Positions 42,037-52,832 of a DNA stretch of 64,000 bases are shown here, piece after piece. The stretch is taken from NCBI GenBank assembly GCA_964291415.2, contig OZ219917.1:576001-640000 (forward strand), read 5' to 3'. Numbering within the stretch: position 1 is the first letter of the stretch; each line of letters starts with the position of its first letter. The DNA is from Alphaproteobacteria bacterium. GTDB lineage: Bacteria > Pseudomonadota > Alphaproteobacteria > SP197. The notes under the pieces are model-generated. The model had not been told where the DNA came from. It ran no database searches and worked only from the letters and a program-made list of their open reading frames with translations. The position numbers and the translations under genes are program-made.

Positions 42037-44001
42037 GTGTTCACCAGGCTTCTCGTGGCCAACCGTGGCGAGATCGCCTGCCGCATCATGAAGACGGCGC
42101 GGCGTCTGGGCCTGCATTCCATCGCCGTCTACACCGCACCGGACCGGGATGCCCGGCATGTCGGGGAGGCCGACGAGGCCTGGAGCATCGGCGAGAAGGA
42201 CGGCTATCTCGACGTCGATCGCCTGATCGCCGTTGCCCGCGATTCCGCCGCCGAGGCCCTGCATCCGGGCTACGGCTTTCTTTCCGAGAATCCGGCGCTC
42301 GCCGAGGCCTGCGAGGACGCGGGCGTCGTCTTCGTCGGTCCTCCCGCGAGGGCCAGCCGAATCATGGGCCTCAAGGACTCCGCCAGGGCCGTCATGGTGG
42401 CCGCCGGTGTCCCCGTCTGCGAGGGCCACGCGGAGGAATCGCCGGATGACACCGGCCTCCTCGATCATGCCCTCGACATCGGTTTTCCGGTGATCATCAA
42501 GGCGGTTGCCGGCGGCGGCGGGCGCGGTCTGCGCCGGGTGGAGACCAGGGAGGACTTTCCCGAGGCACTGCATTCGGCGCGCCGCGAGGCGCGGGCGGCC
42601 TTCGGCGACGAGCGGATGCTCATCGAGCGCTTCGTGGCCTCTTCACGCCATGTGGAGGTCCAGGTGCTGGCGGATTCCCTTGGCACGGTGCTCCATCTTC
42701 CCGAACGCGACTGCTCGGTGCAGCGCCGCTGGCAGAAACTCATCGAGGAATCCCCGGCGCCCGGACTCCCGGCGCGGTTGCGCGAGGCGATGGGAGAAGC
42801 GGCCGTGGCCGCGGCCCGTGCGGTCGATTACCGGGGTGCGGGAACCGTCGAGTTCATCGTCGGGAACGGATCGTTTTGGTTCCTCGAGATGAACACCCGT
42901 CTGCAGGTGGAGCACCCCGTGAGCGAAATGATCACGGGCATCGATCTCGTCGAGTGGCAGCTCAGGATTGCCGCCGGCGAGGCGCTGACTCTGCGCCAGG
43001 ACGCCATCCGTGCCCATGGACACGCCATCGAGGCGCGCCTGTGCGCCGAGGACCCGTCGCGGGACTTCATGCCCTCGACCGGCCGCGTCCACCATCAAGG
43101 CATGCCCCGGGAGTCGGCCCGCCTGCGGATCGACTCAGGCATCTGCAACGGCGTCGCGGTGAGCGGTCACTACGATTCCCTCCTGGCCAAGATCATTGCG
43201 CACGGCGATGACCGGGATGAGGCCATGTCCCGCCTGGGCGAGGCGCTGGGTTCGGTCAGCATTCTTGGTGTTGCCACCAACACCGGATTTCTCAAGGGCG
43301 TCCTCGACAATCCGGAGTTCCATGAGGGTGCGGTCGACACCGGGTTTCTCGAGCGGTTCGCCGAAGAGCCGCAGGCGGCGCCCGGGGTCGTCATCGCCGC
43401 AGCCGCCATGCACTTCGCCGGCATCCTCGATCGAGGCGCCGCCGCCGATCCCTGGGTGTCCCTGGCGGGCTGGCGCCTGTGGGGCAATGATTCCGGAATC
43501 ATGGAACTCGCCATCGACGGCAGACCTCACGATGTCGCCGTCACGATCCTTGACAGGAGGTGCTGCCGCATCGGCGAAGAGGTTTTCCGCATCGTGGATC
43601 GTGTCGGCGCCGCTCTCGCCCTCGACTCCGGATCGCGGATCCTGCATCTCGATGTCGTGGCCGTGGATGAGGACGTTCACGTCGCCTGGCAGGGATCGAG
43701 CCATGTCGTCAGGCGACGACGCCACTGGACAACGGCGGGTGACAGCACCGCAGTGTCGGGCGACGTGACGGCGCCGTTGCCGGGGACCGTTGCCGCCATA
43801 CGCATTGCGGAGGGTGACACGTTCCGCCACGGCGATGTCCTCGTCGTTCTGGAGGCGATGAAAGTGGAGATCGCGATCCGGGCAGAAGGTCCCGGCATCG
43901 CCGGGGCCGTCACCGTTCAACCCGGCGAGCGTGTCGAGGAAGGCGCCATACTGGTGACGGTCGCGGCACCGCCGCCCGACTCCGTCCCTGCTGGCAGGTA
44001 G
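42037..44001 (+). CDS. liuD: Methylcrotonyl-CoA carboxylase alpha (biotin carboxylase/biotin carrier)
   Basis: ANRGEIACR, HPGYGFLSEN, EMNTRLQVEHPV, EAMK biotin site. Confidence 0.88.
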   Translation: MFTRLLVANRGEIACRIMKTARRLGLHSIAVYTAPDRDARHVGEADEAWSIGEKDGYLDVDRLIAVARDSAAEALHPGYGFLSENPALAEACEDAGVVFVGPPARASRIMGLKDSARAVMVAAGVPVCEGHAEESPDDTGLLDHALDIGFPVIIKAVAGGGGRGLRRVETREDFPEALHSARREARAAFGDERMLIERFVASSRHVEVQVLADSLGTVLHLPERDCSVQRRWQKLIEESPAPGLPARLREAMGEAAVAAARAVDYRGAGTVEFIVGNGSFWFLEMNTRLQVEHPVSEMITGIDLVEWQLRIAAGEALTLRQDAIRAHGHAIEARLCAEDPSRDFMPSTGRVHHQGMPRESARLRIDSGICNGVAVSGHYDSLLAKIIAHGDDRDEAMSRLGEALGSVSILGVATNTGFLKGVLDNPEFHEGAVDTGFLERFAEEPQAAPGVVIAAAAMHFAGILDRGAAADPWVSLAGWRLWGNDSGIMELAIDGRPHDVAVTILDRRCCRIGEEVFRIVDRVGAALALDSGSRILHLDVVAVDEDVHVAWQGSSHVVRRRRHWTTAGDSTAVSGDVTAPLPGTVAAIRIAEGDTFRHGDVLVVLEAMKVEIAIRAEGPGIAGAVTVQPGERVEEGAILVTVAAPPPDSVPAGR

Positions 44002-44181
44002 AACGCCTCCATGCGAATGTGCCGGAACTCCTCTGTCCGGATCGATGATCGCGGTCAACGTCGGCGAGGAAGGAAGCCGTTTCGAGGGACGACGTTCCTG
44101 TCCTTCCGGAAGCGATGACGATCGAACGGGCGGTCAGAGTGTCATCATCAGACCGCGTCGGCAATGGAGACGAGACAGGCG

Positions 44182-44535
44182 ATGACGATCACCATTTGGC
44201 ACAACCCGCGTTGCAGCAAGTCGCGGCGGACACTGGAGATCCTGAACGACCTCGGCCTCAGGCCCAAGGTCGTCGAGTACCTGAAGACACCGCCGCAGCC
44301 GGACGAGCTGCGCGAGGTGCTCCGACGGCTCGCCATGGCACCGCGCGACCTGATGCGGACCCGCGAGGCGCCCTGGCGCGACCTTGGACTCGACAATGCG
44401 GATCTCTGCGACGACGTCCTGATCCAGGCCATGCACGAGCATCCCGTGCTGATCGAACGTCCTGTCGTGCTGGCAGGAGGGAGGGCGGTTCTCGGACGGC
44501 CGCCGGAGAGGGTCCTCGACCTGGTCGGCGACTAG
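44182..44535 (+). CDS. arsC: Arsenate reductase (glutaredoxin-type ArsC family)
   Basis: HNPRCSKSR, HPVLIERP, GRPPE. Confidence 0.88.
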   Translation: MTITIWHNPRCSKSRRTLEILNDLGLRPKVVEYLKTPPQPDELREVLRRLAMAPRDLMRTREAPWRDLGLDNADLCDDVLIQAMHEHPVLIERPVVLAGGRAVLGRPPERVLDLVGD

Positions 44536-44578
44536 CCCACGGCACGATAAGGCGTGACAGCCACCGGCCGGTGCTGCG

Positions 44579-44978
44579 TCAGCCCGCCGGTCGAGGCTGC
44601 GCCGGGACGATGAAAGCGCATTTCGGACCTGGCGTGCGGCTGAGCTTGCGATCCAGGGTTTGGAGCGGGCAATCCAGAGCTTCGGCCAGCGCCACGTGCC
44701 AGGCGTCATGGCTGGTCAGGTTGCCGCGGAGTTCCCGGATCCGGCGGGCGAAGGGAGCAAAGGGGAACAGTTCGATATCCATCCCGAGCAGATCGACCTG
44801 CGCGCCGTTCGCCTCGATCCGGGACACGATCTCCGCCTTCTCCAGGCGGCGCAGGATGTTGGTCGACTCCACCAGCACCCGTTCCGGCATCGGCCACGGC
44901 CGACTCTGCCCGTTTTCCGTCGCGGCCGGTGTCGATCAGTGCGGCGACCGCAGACGAAGCATCCACGACTGCGTTCAC
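44579..44978 (-). pseudogene. Frameshifted VapC/PIN-domain toxin
   Basis: N-part VVDASSAVAALID and C-part PERVLVESTNILRR...NLTSHDAWHVALAEALDCPLQTLDRKL are in different frames; break near 44885. Confidence 0.8.
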
Positions 44979-47406
44979 CTGCGGTCTGTGTCCCGGGCCC
45001 GCAACATGTCCGAAGTCTGTACGTGGCTGGCGGCATTCAGTGCCTGCCAGACTCTCAGGGGCGTTGCCGGCATGTCGAGGGTGCTGACGCCGGCGACGGC
45101 AAGGGCGTCGACGACGGCGTTGGTGACGGCGGCGGGCGCGGCGAACGTGCCGACCTCGCCGACCCCCTTGACGCCCAGGGAATTGACGGTCGCGCGGCAG
45201 GCGATGCGTTCGCTGACGAACGACGGGACGCTGTCTGCCCGCGGCATCGCGTAGTCCAGGAAACTGCCGGTCAGCAGCTGGCCGCTGGCCGGGTCGTAGC
45301 GGATGGCCTCCATCAGCGCCTGGCCGGCACCCTGGACAATCCCGCCGTGAATCTGTCCCTCGACGATCAGCGGATTGATCTCGACACCGACGTCGTCCAC
45401 CGCGACGTAGCGCACGAGCGTCACCACGCCCGTCGCCGGGTCGATCTCCACTTCGGCGGCGTGGGCGCCGAACGGCCAGGTGAAGTCGAGGGGATCGTGG
45501 AATCCCGTCTCGTCGAGACCGGGTTCCCGACCGTCCTCGCCGAAGCCTGCGGCCAGGTAGGCGGCGCGGGCGACGTCGCCGAAGGCGAGGGAACGGTCGG
45601 TTCCGGCAATGGTGAAGCGGCCGTCTTCCAGTTCAATGTCGTCAGCCGGCGCCTCCAGCATCCATGCGGCAATCTCGCGCGCCTTGGCCGTGACCCTGTC
45701 GCAGGCCAGGGTGATCGCCGGACCGCAGACGACCGCGGAACGCGAGGCGAAGGTGCCCATGCCCCGCTGCACGCGCCGGGTGTCGCCGAACACCACTTCG
45801 ATGGCCTCGAAAGGAAGCCCGGTGCGCTCGACCACCAGCTGCGAGAAGGCCGTCTCGTGGCCCTGCCCATGATTGTGGGACCCGACATAGAGGGTTGCCG
45901 CTCCGGAGGGATGCACCTGAAGGCGCGCACTCTCCCAGTTGCCGACCAGGGCGCCGGCGGCCATGTTGTCGGCCGAGGAACAGCCGCCGCAGGCGGCCGC
46001 ATGGAGAGCCATGCCGAAACCCCTCAGACACCCCCGCTGCTTCGCCTCGTCACGACGCGCCTGGAACCCGGCCCTGTCCGCCGTGTCGAGGGCGCGTTCA
46101 AGGAGACGCGGCGCATCGGCGTCCTGCAATGTCATGCCGAATGCCGTGGTGAAACGGCATGTGCCGCGGCTCGATCAGGTTGCGCTGCCGCAGGTCCGCG
46201 GCGTCGAGGCCCAGTTCGCGCGCCGCGTGATCGATGATGCGCTCGGTCATGTAGACGGCTTCCGAGCGTCCCGCGCCGCGGTAGGCGTCGATGGGCGCCG
46301 AATGAGTCATCACGGCACGCACCCTGACGTGGGCCGATCGGAAGCGGTAGGGACCAGGAATGGAGTAGGTGCAGTAGATGGTCGGCACCGCGTGCGCATG
46401 CTGGCTGAGATAGGCCCCCATGTTGGCCGTGATCTCGATATCGAGCGCCAGGAAGTTGAAGTCGGCATCGAGGGCCATCCTCACCCGGGCGACATGGTCG
46501 CGCGCTCCGGCATCGGCCTGGAAGGCCTCGTTCCTCTCCGAGGTCCAGGCGATGTCGCGCCGCAGCCGGCGGGCTGCCCAGGCGAGCGCGATGTCCTCCG
46601 GATAGGAGTAGGACTTCATGCCAAATCCGCCGCCGACATCCTCGGCCACCACGTCGACCCGTGTTTCCGGCATGGAAAGGGCGGCGGCGATGGCGCGCTG
46701 CAGTTCGTGGGGAAGCTGGTTCGAGACATGGCAGGTCAGCCGCTCGGTGCCGGCGTCATAGCGCGCGATGGCCAGCCGCGGTTCCATGGGCGTGGCCGTG
46801 ATGCGCTGGTTGACGAGGTCGAGGCTCACCTGGTGCGCCGCGCCGGAGAAGGCCCGTGCCACCGCCTGGGCATCGCCATTGGTCCAGTCAAGGCTGACGT
46901 TGGAGGGACAGCCGTCCCACACCGCCGGCGCCCCCGGGGCGGTCGCCTCATCGAGCGTCGCCGCCGCCGGCATCTCGTGGAAGTCGATGGCGAGGTTCTC
47001 GGCACCGTCCCGGGCTGCGGCGTCAGTGGTGGCGACGACCATGGCACAGGGCTGACCGACGTAGCGGACCCGTCCGTCAGCCAGCGCAGTCATGGCGGGA
47101 AAGAAGGAGGCGCTGCCGTCGGCGTTGGGGAGGTTCCAGGAGGCCGACAGCGGAGCGACACCGTCGGCCGCCATGTCGGCCGCCGTCAGCACGGCGATTC
47201 CGGAGAACGTCCGGATCGACGCCCGGTTGGGCAAGCGCTGCCTCCCGGTCCGTGATGGTCATCGAGGCATGCGCCAGGGGCGAGCGCACGAAGACGGCGG
47301 TGAGAACGTCCGCTGGCGGACGGTCACCGGTGTAGCGGCCGCGGCCGGTCAGAAATCGCCTGTCTTCCCTGCGCAGACAGGAAGCGCCGATCGAATGGCG
47401 TGTCAT
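44975..47406 (-). pseudogene. Xanthine dehydrogenase/CoxL-like molybdopterin large subunit, disrupted
   Basis: RREDRRFLTGRGRYTGD, DVGGGFGMK, AYRGAGR, HGQGHET, EGQIHGG, GVKGVGE; frameshifts at 47199-47217 (19-nt insert) and 46152-46154 (+1). Confidence 0.88.
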
Positions 47407-47606
47407 GGTCAGGGGGCATGGCGAGACGCCCGGTTGCGCAAGCGCTGCCTCCCGGTCCGTGATGGTCATCGAGGCATGCGCCAGGGGCGAGCGCACGAAG
47501 ACGGCGGTGAGAACGTCCGCCGGACACCGGTGTAGCGGCCGCGGCCGGTCAGAAATCGCCGTCTTCCCTGCGCCAGGAAGCGCCGATCGAATGGCGTGTC
47601 ATGGTC
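47218..47606. repeat. Tandem duplication of the 5' end of the Mo-enzyme gene
   Basis: Copy A 47218-47410 (193 bp) and copy B 47425-47606 (182 bp, three small deletions), 14-bp spacer. Confidence 0.95.
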
Positions 47607-47685
47607 CATCCCACATAGCGCGCCGGGATGACAAAGGAAACCGGTTCGACCTACCTTGGCGTTCCAGGAACAGGAAGTGGCAGCC

Positions 47686-49140
47686 ATGGCCGGACACGGT
47701 CTCATTCTTCGCGGTGGCACGGTCATGGACGGAAGCGGCCGCAGCGGCTTCCGCGCCGATGTCGCCATCGACGATGACCGGATTGCCGCTGTCGGAGACC
47801 TTTCCGGGAAGACGGCCGACACCGAGATCGACGTCACCGGCCAGGTGGTGGCTCCCGGATTCATCGATGTGCATACCCATGACGACCGCATGTTGCGCGA
47901 TGCCGGCGACATGACCCCCAAGGTCAGCCAGGGCGTGACGACGGTTGTTGCCGGCAATTGCGGAATCTCGCTCGCCCCCCTGGTGGCCGGCGAGCGCCCC
48001 ATGGAGCCCTTTGATCTCATCGGCCTCGAGGACGACTTCCGCTATCCGACGTTCCAGGCCTTGTTCGACGAACTCGACCGCGCGCCTGCGGCCTCCAATG
48101 CCGCCTTCCTGGTGGGCCATGCGACATTGCGTCTCGCCGCCATGGACGATGTCCTGCGTCCCGCCACCGGCCCCGAAATCGAGACCATGAAGGGAGCGCT
48201 TGACGAAGCGATGGCGGCCGGCGCCATAGGCCTGTCGACGGGGCTCGAGTATCCGCCGGCGCGTTGTTGCGAGACCGCGGAGGTGGTCGAACTCGCGTCC
48301 AGGGCCGCTGCGGCCGGCGGCGTCTATGCGACCCACATGAGGAGCTACGCCAGCGAGGCGAAGGACGCGTTCGACGAGGCCGTTCACATCGGCCGGAAAG
48401 CGGACATCCCGGTCATCGTCTCGCACTTTCACTGTCACGAGCACGACAATCCGGAACTGGCCGGCGAAGCGCTCGCATGGTTCGAGCAGAGCCGCAGGCA
48501 AGGTGTCCGGATCGTCGCCGACGCCTACCCGTACGAGGCATCGAGCACGTCCATCCTGCCGGAGTTTGTCGGGCGACGAACCCGGGTGCTGGTCACCTGG
48601 TCGAAGCCGCACCCGCAGATGGGCGGACGCTATCTCGACGAGATCGCGGACGACTGGAATGTCGACGCGCTCGTCGCCGCGCGCCGTCTCGCCCCGGGTG
48701 GAGCAATCTACTTCGGGCGCGACGAGCGCAATGTCGAACGCCTCATGGCCCATCCCGACATCCTCATCGGCTCGGACGGCATTCCCCTTGCGCCGCACCC
48801 TCACCCGCGGTTGTGGGGCACCTTTCCCCATGTGCTGGGTCACTATGCGCGGGACCTCGGTCTGACCGGCCTCGAGGCCGCCATTCACCGCATGACCGGC
48901 GCCTCGGCCGAGTGGTTCGGTCTTGAAGGGCGCGGACGCGTGGCCGCCGGCGCCTGGGCCGACCTCGTGGTCTTCGACCCGGCCGCCGTCGCCGCCCGGG
49001 CGACCTACATGGATCCCGAGCAGCCCTCGGCCGGAATTGGCCATGTGTTCGTCAACGGGGTCGAGGTGTGGAACGGCAACGGCCACACCGGCGCACGTCC
49101 CGGACGCATCGTCAGCCGGGTGAAGAATGGAGGACAGTGA
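47686..49140 (+). CDS. N-acyl-D-amino-acid deacylase
   Basis: PGFIDVHTHDD, QGVTTVVAGNCG, YATHMRS, IGSDG, HPRLWGTFP. Confidence 0.92.
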   Translation: MAGHGLILRGGTVMDGSGRSGFRADVAIDDDRIAAVGDLSGKTADTEIDVTGQVVAPGFIDVHTHDDRMLRDAGDMTPKVSQGVTTVVAGNCGISLAPLVAGERPMEPFDLIGLEDDFRYPTFQALFDELDRAPAASNAAFLVGHATLRLAAMDDVLRPATGPEIETMKGALDEAMAAGAIGLSTGLEYPPARCCETAEVVELASRAAAAGGVYATHMRSYASEAKDAFDEAVHIGRKADIPVIVSHFHCHEHDNPELAGEALAWFEQSRRQGVRIVADAYPYEASSTSILPEFVGRRTRVLVTWSKPHPQMGGRYLDEIADDWNVDALVAARRLAPGGAIYFGRDERNVERLMAHPDILIGSDGIPLAPHPHPRLWGTFPHVLGHYARDLGLTGLEAAIHRMTGASAEWFGLEGRGRVAAGAWADLVVFDPAAVAARATYMDPEQPSAGIGHVFVNGVEVWNGNGHTGARPGRIVSRVKNGGQ

Positions 49141-49142
49141 CC

Positions 49143-51164
49143 ATGACGCGGATCGTCTCACGATTTCCGAAAAAGGTGGCGAAGCATGACACCGTGTGGA
49201 TACCCATGCCGGACGGCGTCAGGCTTGCCGCCACCATCTGGCTTCCGGACGACGCCGACGACCATCCGGTGCCGGCGGTCCTCGAGTTCATTCCCTATCG
49301 CCGGCGTGACTTCACGGCTGCCGGAGACTCGCTTCACCATCCCTGGCTGGCCGGTCATGGCTACGCGGCGGTGCGCTGCGACTTGCGCGGCAACGGCGAT
49401 TCGGAAGGTCTCTTCGACGACGAGTACTCGCCGCAGGAACTCGATGACGGATACCACGTTCTTGAATGGCTGGCGGCCCAGCCCTGGTGCAGCGGCGCAA
49501 CGGGCATGATGGGAATCAGCTGGGGCGGCTTCAACTGCCTCCAGGTGGCGGCCTTGAAACCGCCTTCCCTGAAGGCCGTCTACTCCGTCGCCTCGACGGA
49601 CGATCGCTACGCCGACGACATCCATTTCATGGGCGGTTGCCTGCTCAACGACAACCTCAACTGGGGTACGACCATGACGACCTTCGCCATGCGGCCGCCC
49701 GACCCCGCTGTCGTCGGTAGAGACTGGCGCCGCATCTGGCTCGAACGCCTCGACAAGGCGCCGAACCTGGTGGCGAAGTGGCTCTCCCACCAGAGGCGGG
49801 ACGGGCAGTGGAAGCACGGCTCCGTCATCGAGGACTACGATGCCATCGAAGCCGCCGTCTACATGGTCGGCGGCTGGGCCGACGGCTACACCAACGCCAT
49901 CTTTCGTGTGGCCGCCGGCCTGAAGGCGCCGTTCCGGGGCCTCGTCGGTCCGTGGACCCACGCCTACCCCTGGAAGGCAAAGCCCGGTCCGGAGATCGAC
50001 GGCCTGAAGGATCTTGTTCGCTGGTGGGACCACTGGCTCAAGGGCATCGACACCGGCATGATGGATGAACCGCGCCTGCGCTGCTGGATGCAGGAAACGG
50101 TGCCGCCACGGACCTCCTACGATCATCGTCCCGGCCGCTGGGTGGCGGCCGACGCGTGGCCGGACCCCGCCATAACCGGCAAGACCTACCACATTGCCCG
50201 AAGCGGTCTGACGGCGCGTCCGGGCCGCCCCGAAACGCTTGTGTGCGCCTCGGAGGTCCTCGCCGGCATCACGCATGGCGACTGGTGCCCCTACGGCTTC
50301 GATGCCGAGATGCCGTCGGATCAGCGCGAGGAGGACGGCCGCAGCCTCGCCTTCGACTCTCCCGCACTTGGCCGGCGCATCGAGATCTTCGGAGCGCCGG
50401 TTGTCGAGCTGGACGTGTCGTGCGACGTGCCGCAGGCGCAACTCTACGTGCGCCTGTGCGACGTGGCGCCCGACGGGGCCTCGACGCGTGTGACCTACGG
50501 GGTTCTCAACCTCTCGCACCGCGACGGCCACGAGGCGCCCGAGCCGCTGGAACCAGGCGCCACGACAAGGGTCCGCGTCCAGCTCAACGACTGCGGCCAT
50601 GCTTTTCCACCGGGACACCGCATCCGCCTCGCCATCCAGACGGGCTCGTGGCCGCTGGTGTGGCCGTCGCCGGCGCTCGCGGCCGTCTCGGTTGTCACCG
50701 CGTCAAGCACGCTCACGCTTCCGGTGAGACCGAGGCGCGCCTCCGACAGGCAACTGCCATCCCTGGGTCGGGGTGCGACCGCACCGCCTCTGGCGGTGAC
50801 GACGATGAAGCCCTACCACCGGTCACGCTCCATGGCCCGCGACTACGTCACCGGCGAGACCCGGATCGACATGGTGAAGGATCGTGGTCACATCCGCATC
50901 GAGGACACCGGCACCGAGTATTCCGGTGGCGGCCACGAGATCTATGTCATCAGGGACGGCGATCCGCTGTCGGCGCGGGCCCGGGTCGACTACGCCATCA
51001 CGCTGGCGCGGGCACCGGACTGGAAGACCAGGCTCGAAACCCGGTTCGTTCTCACCGCCACCAGGGAGAGTTTTCTCCTGTCGGCCCACGCTGAGGCCCA
51101 TGACGGCGATGAGCGCATCTGGTCGAAGAGCTGGGAGGACATCATTCCGCGTGACAGCGTGTGA
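49143..51164 (+). CDS. CocE/NonD-family hydrolase
   Basis: IPMPDGVRLAA, PYRRRD, GISWGG, GGWADGY, GPWTH, C-terminal PepX-like domain. Confidence 0.92.
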   Translation: MTRIVSRFPKKVAKHDTVWIPMPDGVRLAATIWLPDDADDHPVPAVLEFIPYRRRDFTAAGDSLHHPWLAGHGYAAVRCDLRGNGDSEGLFDDEYSPQELDDGYHVLEWLAAQPWCSGATGMMGISWGGFNCLQVAALKPPSLKAVYSVASTDDRYADDIHFMGGCLLNDNLNWGTTMTTFAMRPPDPAVVGRDWRRIWLERLDKAPNLVAKWLSHQRRDGQWKHGSVIEDYDAIEAAVYMVGGWADGYTNAIFRVAAGLKAPFRGLVGPWTHAYPWKAKPGPEIDGLKDLVRWWDHWLKGIDTGMMDEPRLRCWMQETVPPRTSYDHRPGRWVAADAWPDPAITGKTYHIARSGLTARPGRPETLVCASEVLAGITHGDWCPYGFDAEMPSDQREEDGRSLAFDSPALGRRIEIFGAPVVELDVSCDVPQAQLYVRLCDVAPDGASTRVTYGVLNLSHRDGHEAPEPLEPGATTRVRVQLNDCGHAFPPGHRIRLAIQTGSWPLVWPSPALAAVSVVTASSTLTLPVRPRRASDRQLPSLGRGATAPPLAVTTMKPYHRSRSMARDYVTGETRIDMVKDRGHIRIEDTGTEYSGGGHEIYVIRDGDPLSARARVDYAITLARAPDWKTRLETRFVLTATRESFLLSAHAEAHDGDERIWSKSWEDIIPRDSV

Positions 51165-51195
51165 ACGTGACCGCCCGCCTCGTGTCACTGCAACC

Positions 51196-51234
51196 GAGAG
51201 CGGCCTCCGCACGGCACGTGCGGAGGCCGCTCTC
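51196..51234. terminator. Perfect 18-bp hairpin between convergent genes
   Basis: gagagcggcctccgcacg-gca-cgtgcggaggccgctctc. Confidence 0.75.
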
Positions 51235-51242
51235 CATCGGTA

Positions 51243-52832
51243 TCAGGCTTCGGACCACATGAAGGACTGAAGCTGCCAGATGTAACCGTTTGGCGTGATC
51301 ACCGGGTCAAGGCCCTCCCGGTAGAGAACGCCCCTGGGCGGGAACATCAGCCAGACATAGGCACCGGTATCTTCCATGATCTCCTGCATGCGGATGTACA
51401 TGTCGTGCCGCTTGGCGGTGTCGATCTCCGCCAGCCCCGCAGCATAGAGTTCGTCGAACTCCGGATCGGACCAGCGTTCCCAGTTCCACACACCGACCTG
51501 GTCGGAAATGAACCACTGGGCCATCTGACTGGGATCGGGAGAATCGAGGTAGGCCATGATCCAGAGTTCCAGATCCTTCCACTCGTCACCCTCCGCTTCG
51601 AGGCCCAGGTTCCAGAACGGTCCGGCGTCAACTGGCACGACCTCGACCTCGATCCCGATCTCCGCGAGATTGGCCTGGATGATGGTGGCTGCCGCAAGCC
51701 GGTCCTGAAGGTTCATCGTCTTCAGCGTCACCTTCAGCCCCTCGGCTCCGGCCTCGGCCATCAGGGCGCGGGCGGCATCGAGGTCCTGCTCCTTGAACTT
51801 GCCCTCGGCGCGATGGCCAATGAGGCCTGGAGGCACGATGCCGTAGGCCCGCGTGCCGACGCCGGCCCAGGCGCCTTCAAGAACCGTGTCGACATCGACC
51901 GCATGCTGAATGGCCCTGCGCACACGGATGTCCTGAAGATTGGGATGGTCGACGTTCATGCCCATCCAGTACCACTGGGTCCCCGGAAACGCCCGGAGAA
52001 TTCCGCCCTCGGGAGGACTCTCCAGCAAGCGCGGTATGGCATCGGTCGCCACGAGGGTGATGTCGATCTCGTCGGCCTCGAAGGCGATCTCGGCGGTCTT
52101 CTCATCGGCGATGATGATCAGCTGCACGTTCTCGATGCCAGGCGGCGTTCCACCCCAGTTCGGGTTGGGTTCCAGGGTGATGCTCTGCTTGAGGACCCAT
52201 TCGGAGACCCGATAGGGACCGCAGTAGAAGTTGAAGAGTCCGTCAAACTTGCCGCCAACCGCCTCGGTCGCCACCTTCGAGAGGATGGAACCGGTTCCGT
52301 CGCACAGCCAGGTCAGCCAGATCGGAGCGAAGGGCTGGTTGAGGTGAATGATCCCCGTGTGGCTTCCGGTCACTTCGACATGGTCCAGCGAGACCGCCTT
52401 GTCCTTCCACTCCGCGACCTGCATGCGCTCGAGCGAGAACTTCACGTCTTCGGCATTGAGTTCGCCGATCACCTCGTGCGAAGTGCCGTCGTACCACATG
52501 ATGCCCTTCTTCAACTCGAACGTGATGGTTTGCGGGTCCGGCTGGCCCAGGCTCTCCACGTACTCGCTCGGTTCCCAATCCCAATCGGTGAGGCTGTTGG
52601 TGTACTTTGCCAGGCGTGCCAGGCAGGCGTACTGCAGAAACATCTCGTAGCCGCCGATCATGTAGCCCGGATCGGTGGACGAGACCGTCCTGTCGGCGCG
52701 AACCCGCAAGGGCCGGCCCGATTGGGCCCAGGCGCTCGACGGATCGAGCAGGCGGTCAACAAGGCCGGCGGCAGCCACCGAGGCAGCCGATGCCTGCAAC
52801 ATGTTGCGCCGGGACAGTTTGGGTAGATTCAT
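51243..52832 (-). CDS. ABC transporter solute-binding protein, family 5, Tat signal (paralog 1)
   Basis: SRRNML Tat motif, ITFELKKG, AEDVKFSLER, RVRRAIQHAVD. Confidence 0.92.
   Translation of the reverse strand: MNLPKLSRRNMLQASAASVAAAGLVDRLLDPSSAWAQSGRPLRVRADRTVSSTDPGYMIGGYEMFLQYACLARLAKYTNSLTDWDWEPSEYVESLGQPDPQTITFELKKGIMWYDGTSHEVIGELNAEDVKFSLERMQVAEWKDKAVSLDHVEVTGSHTGIIHLNQPFAPIWLTWLCDGTGSILSKVATEAVGGKFDGLFNFYCGPYRVSEWVLKQSITLEPNPNWGGTPPGIENVQLIIIADEKTAEIAFEADEIDITLVATDAIPRLLESPPEGGILRAFPGTQWYWMGMNVDHPNLQDIRVRRAIQHAVDVDTVLEGAWAGVGTRAYGIVPPGLIGHRAEGKFKEQDLDAARALMAEAGAEGLKVTLKTMNLQDRLAAATIIQANLAEIGIEVEVVPVDAGPFWNLGLEAEGDEWKDLELWIMAYLDSPDPSQMAQWFISDQVGVWNWERWSDPEFDELYAAGLAEIDTAKRHDMYIRMQEIMEDTGAYVWLMFPPRGVLYREGLDPVITPNGYIWQLQSFMWSEA

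Noticed and set aside
46152-46154. Programmed frameshifting as the explanation for the +1 breaks here and at 25889
   Set aside because: No slippery heptamer or stimulatory structure; simple indel or sequencing error is more likely
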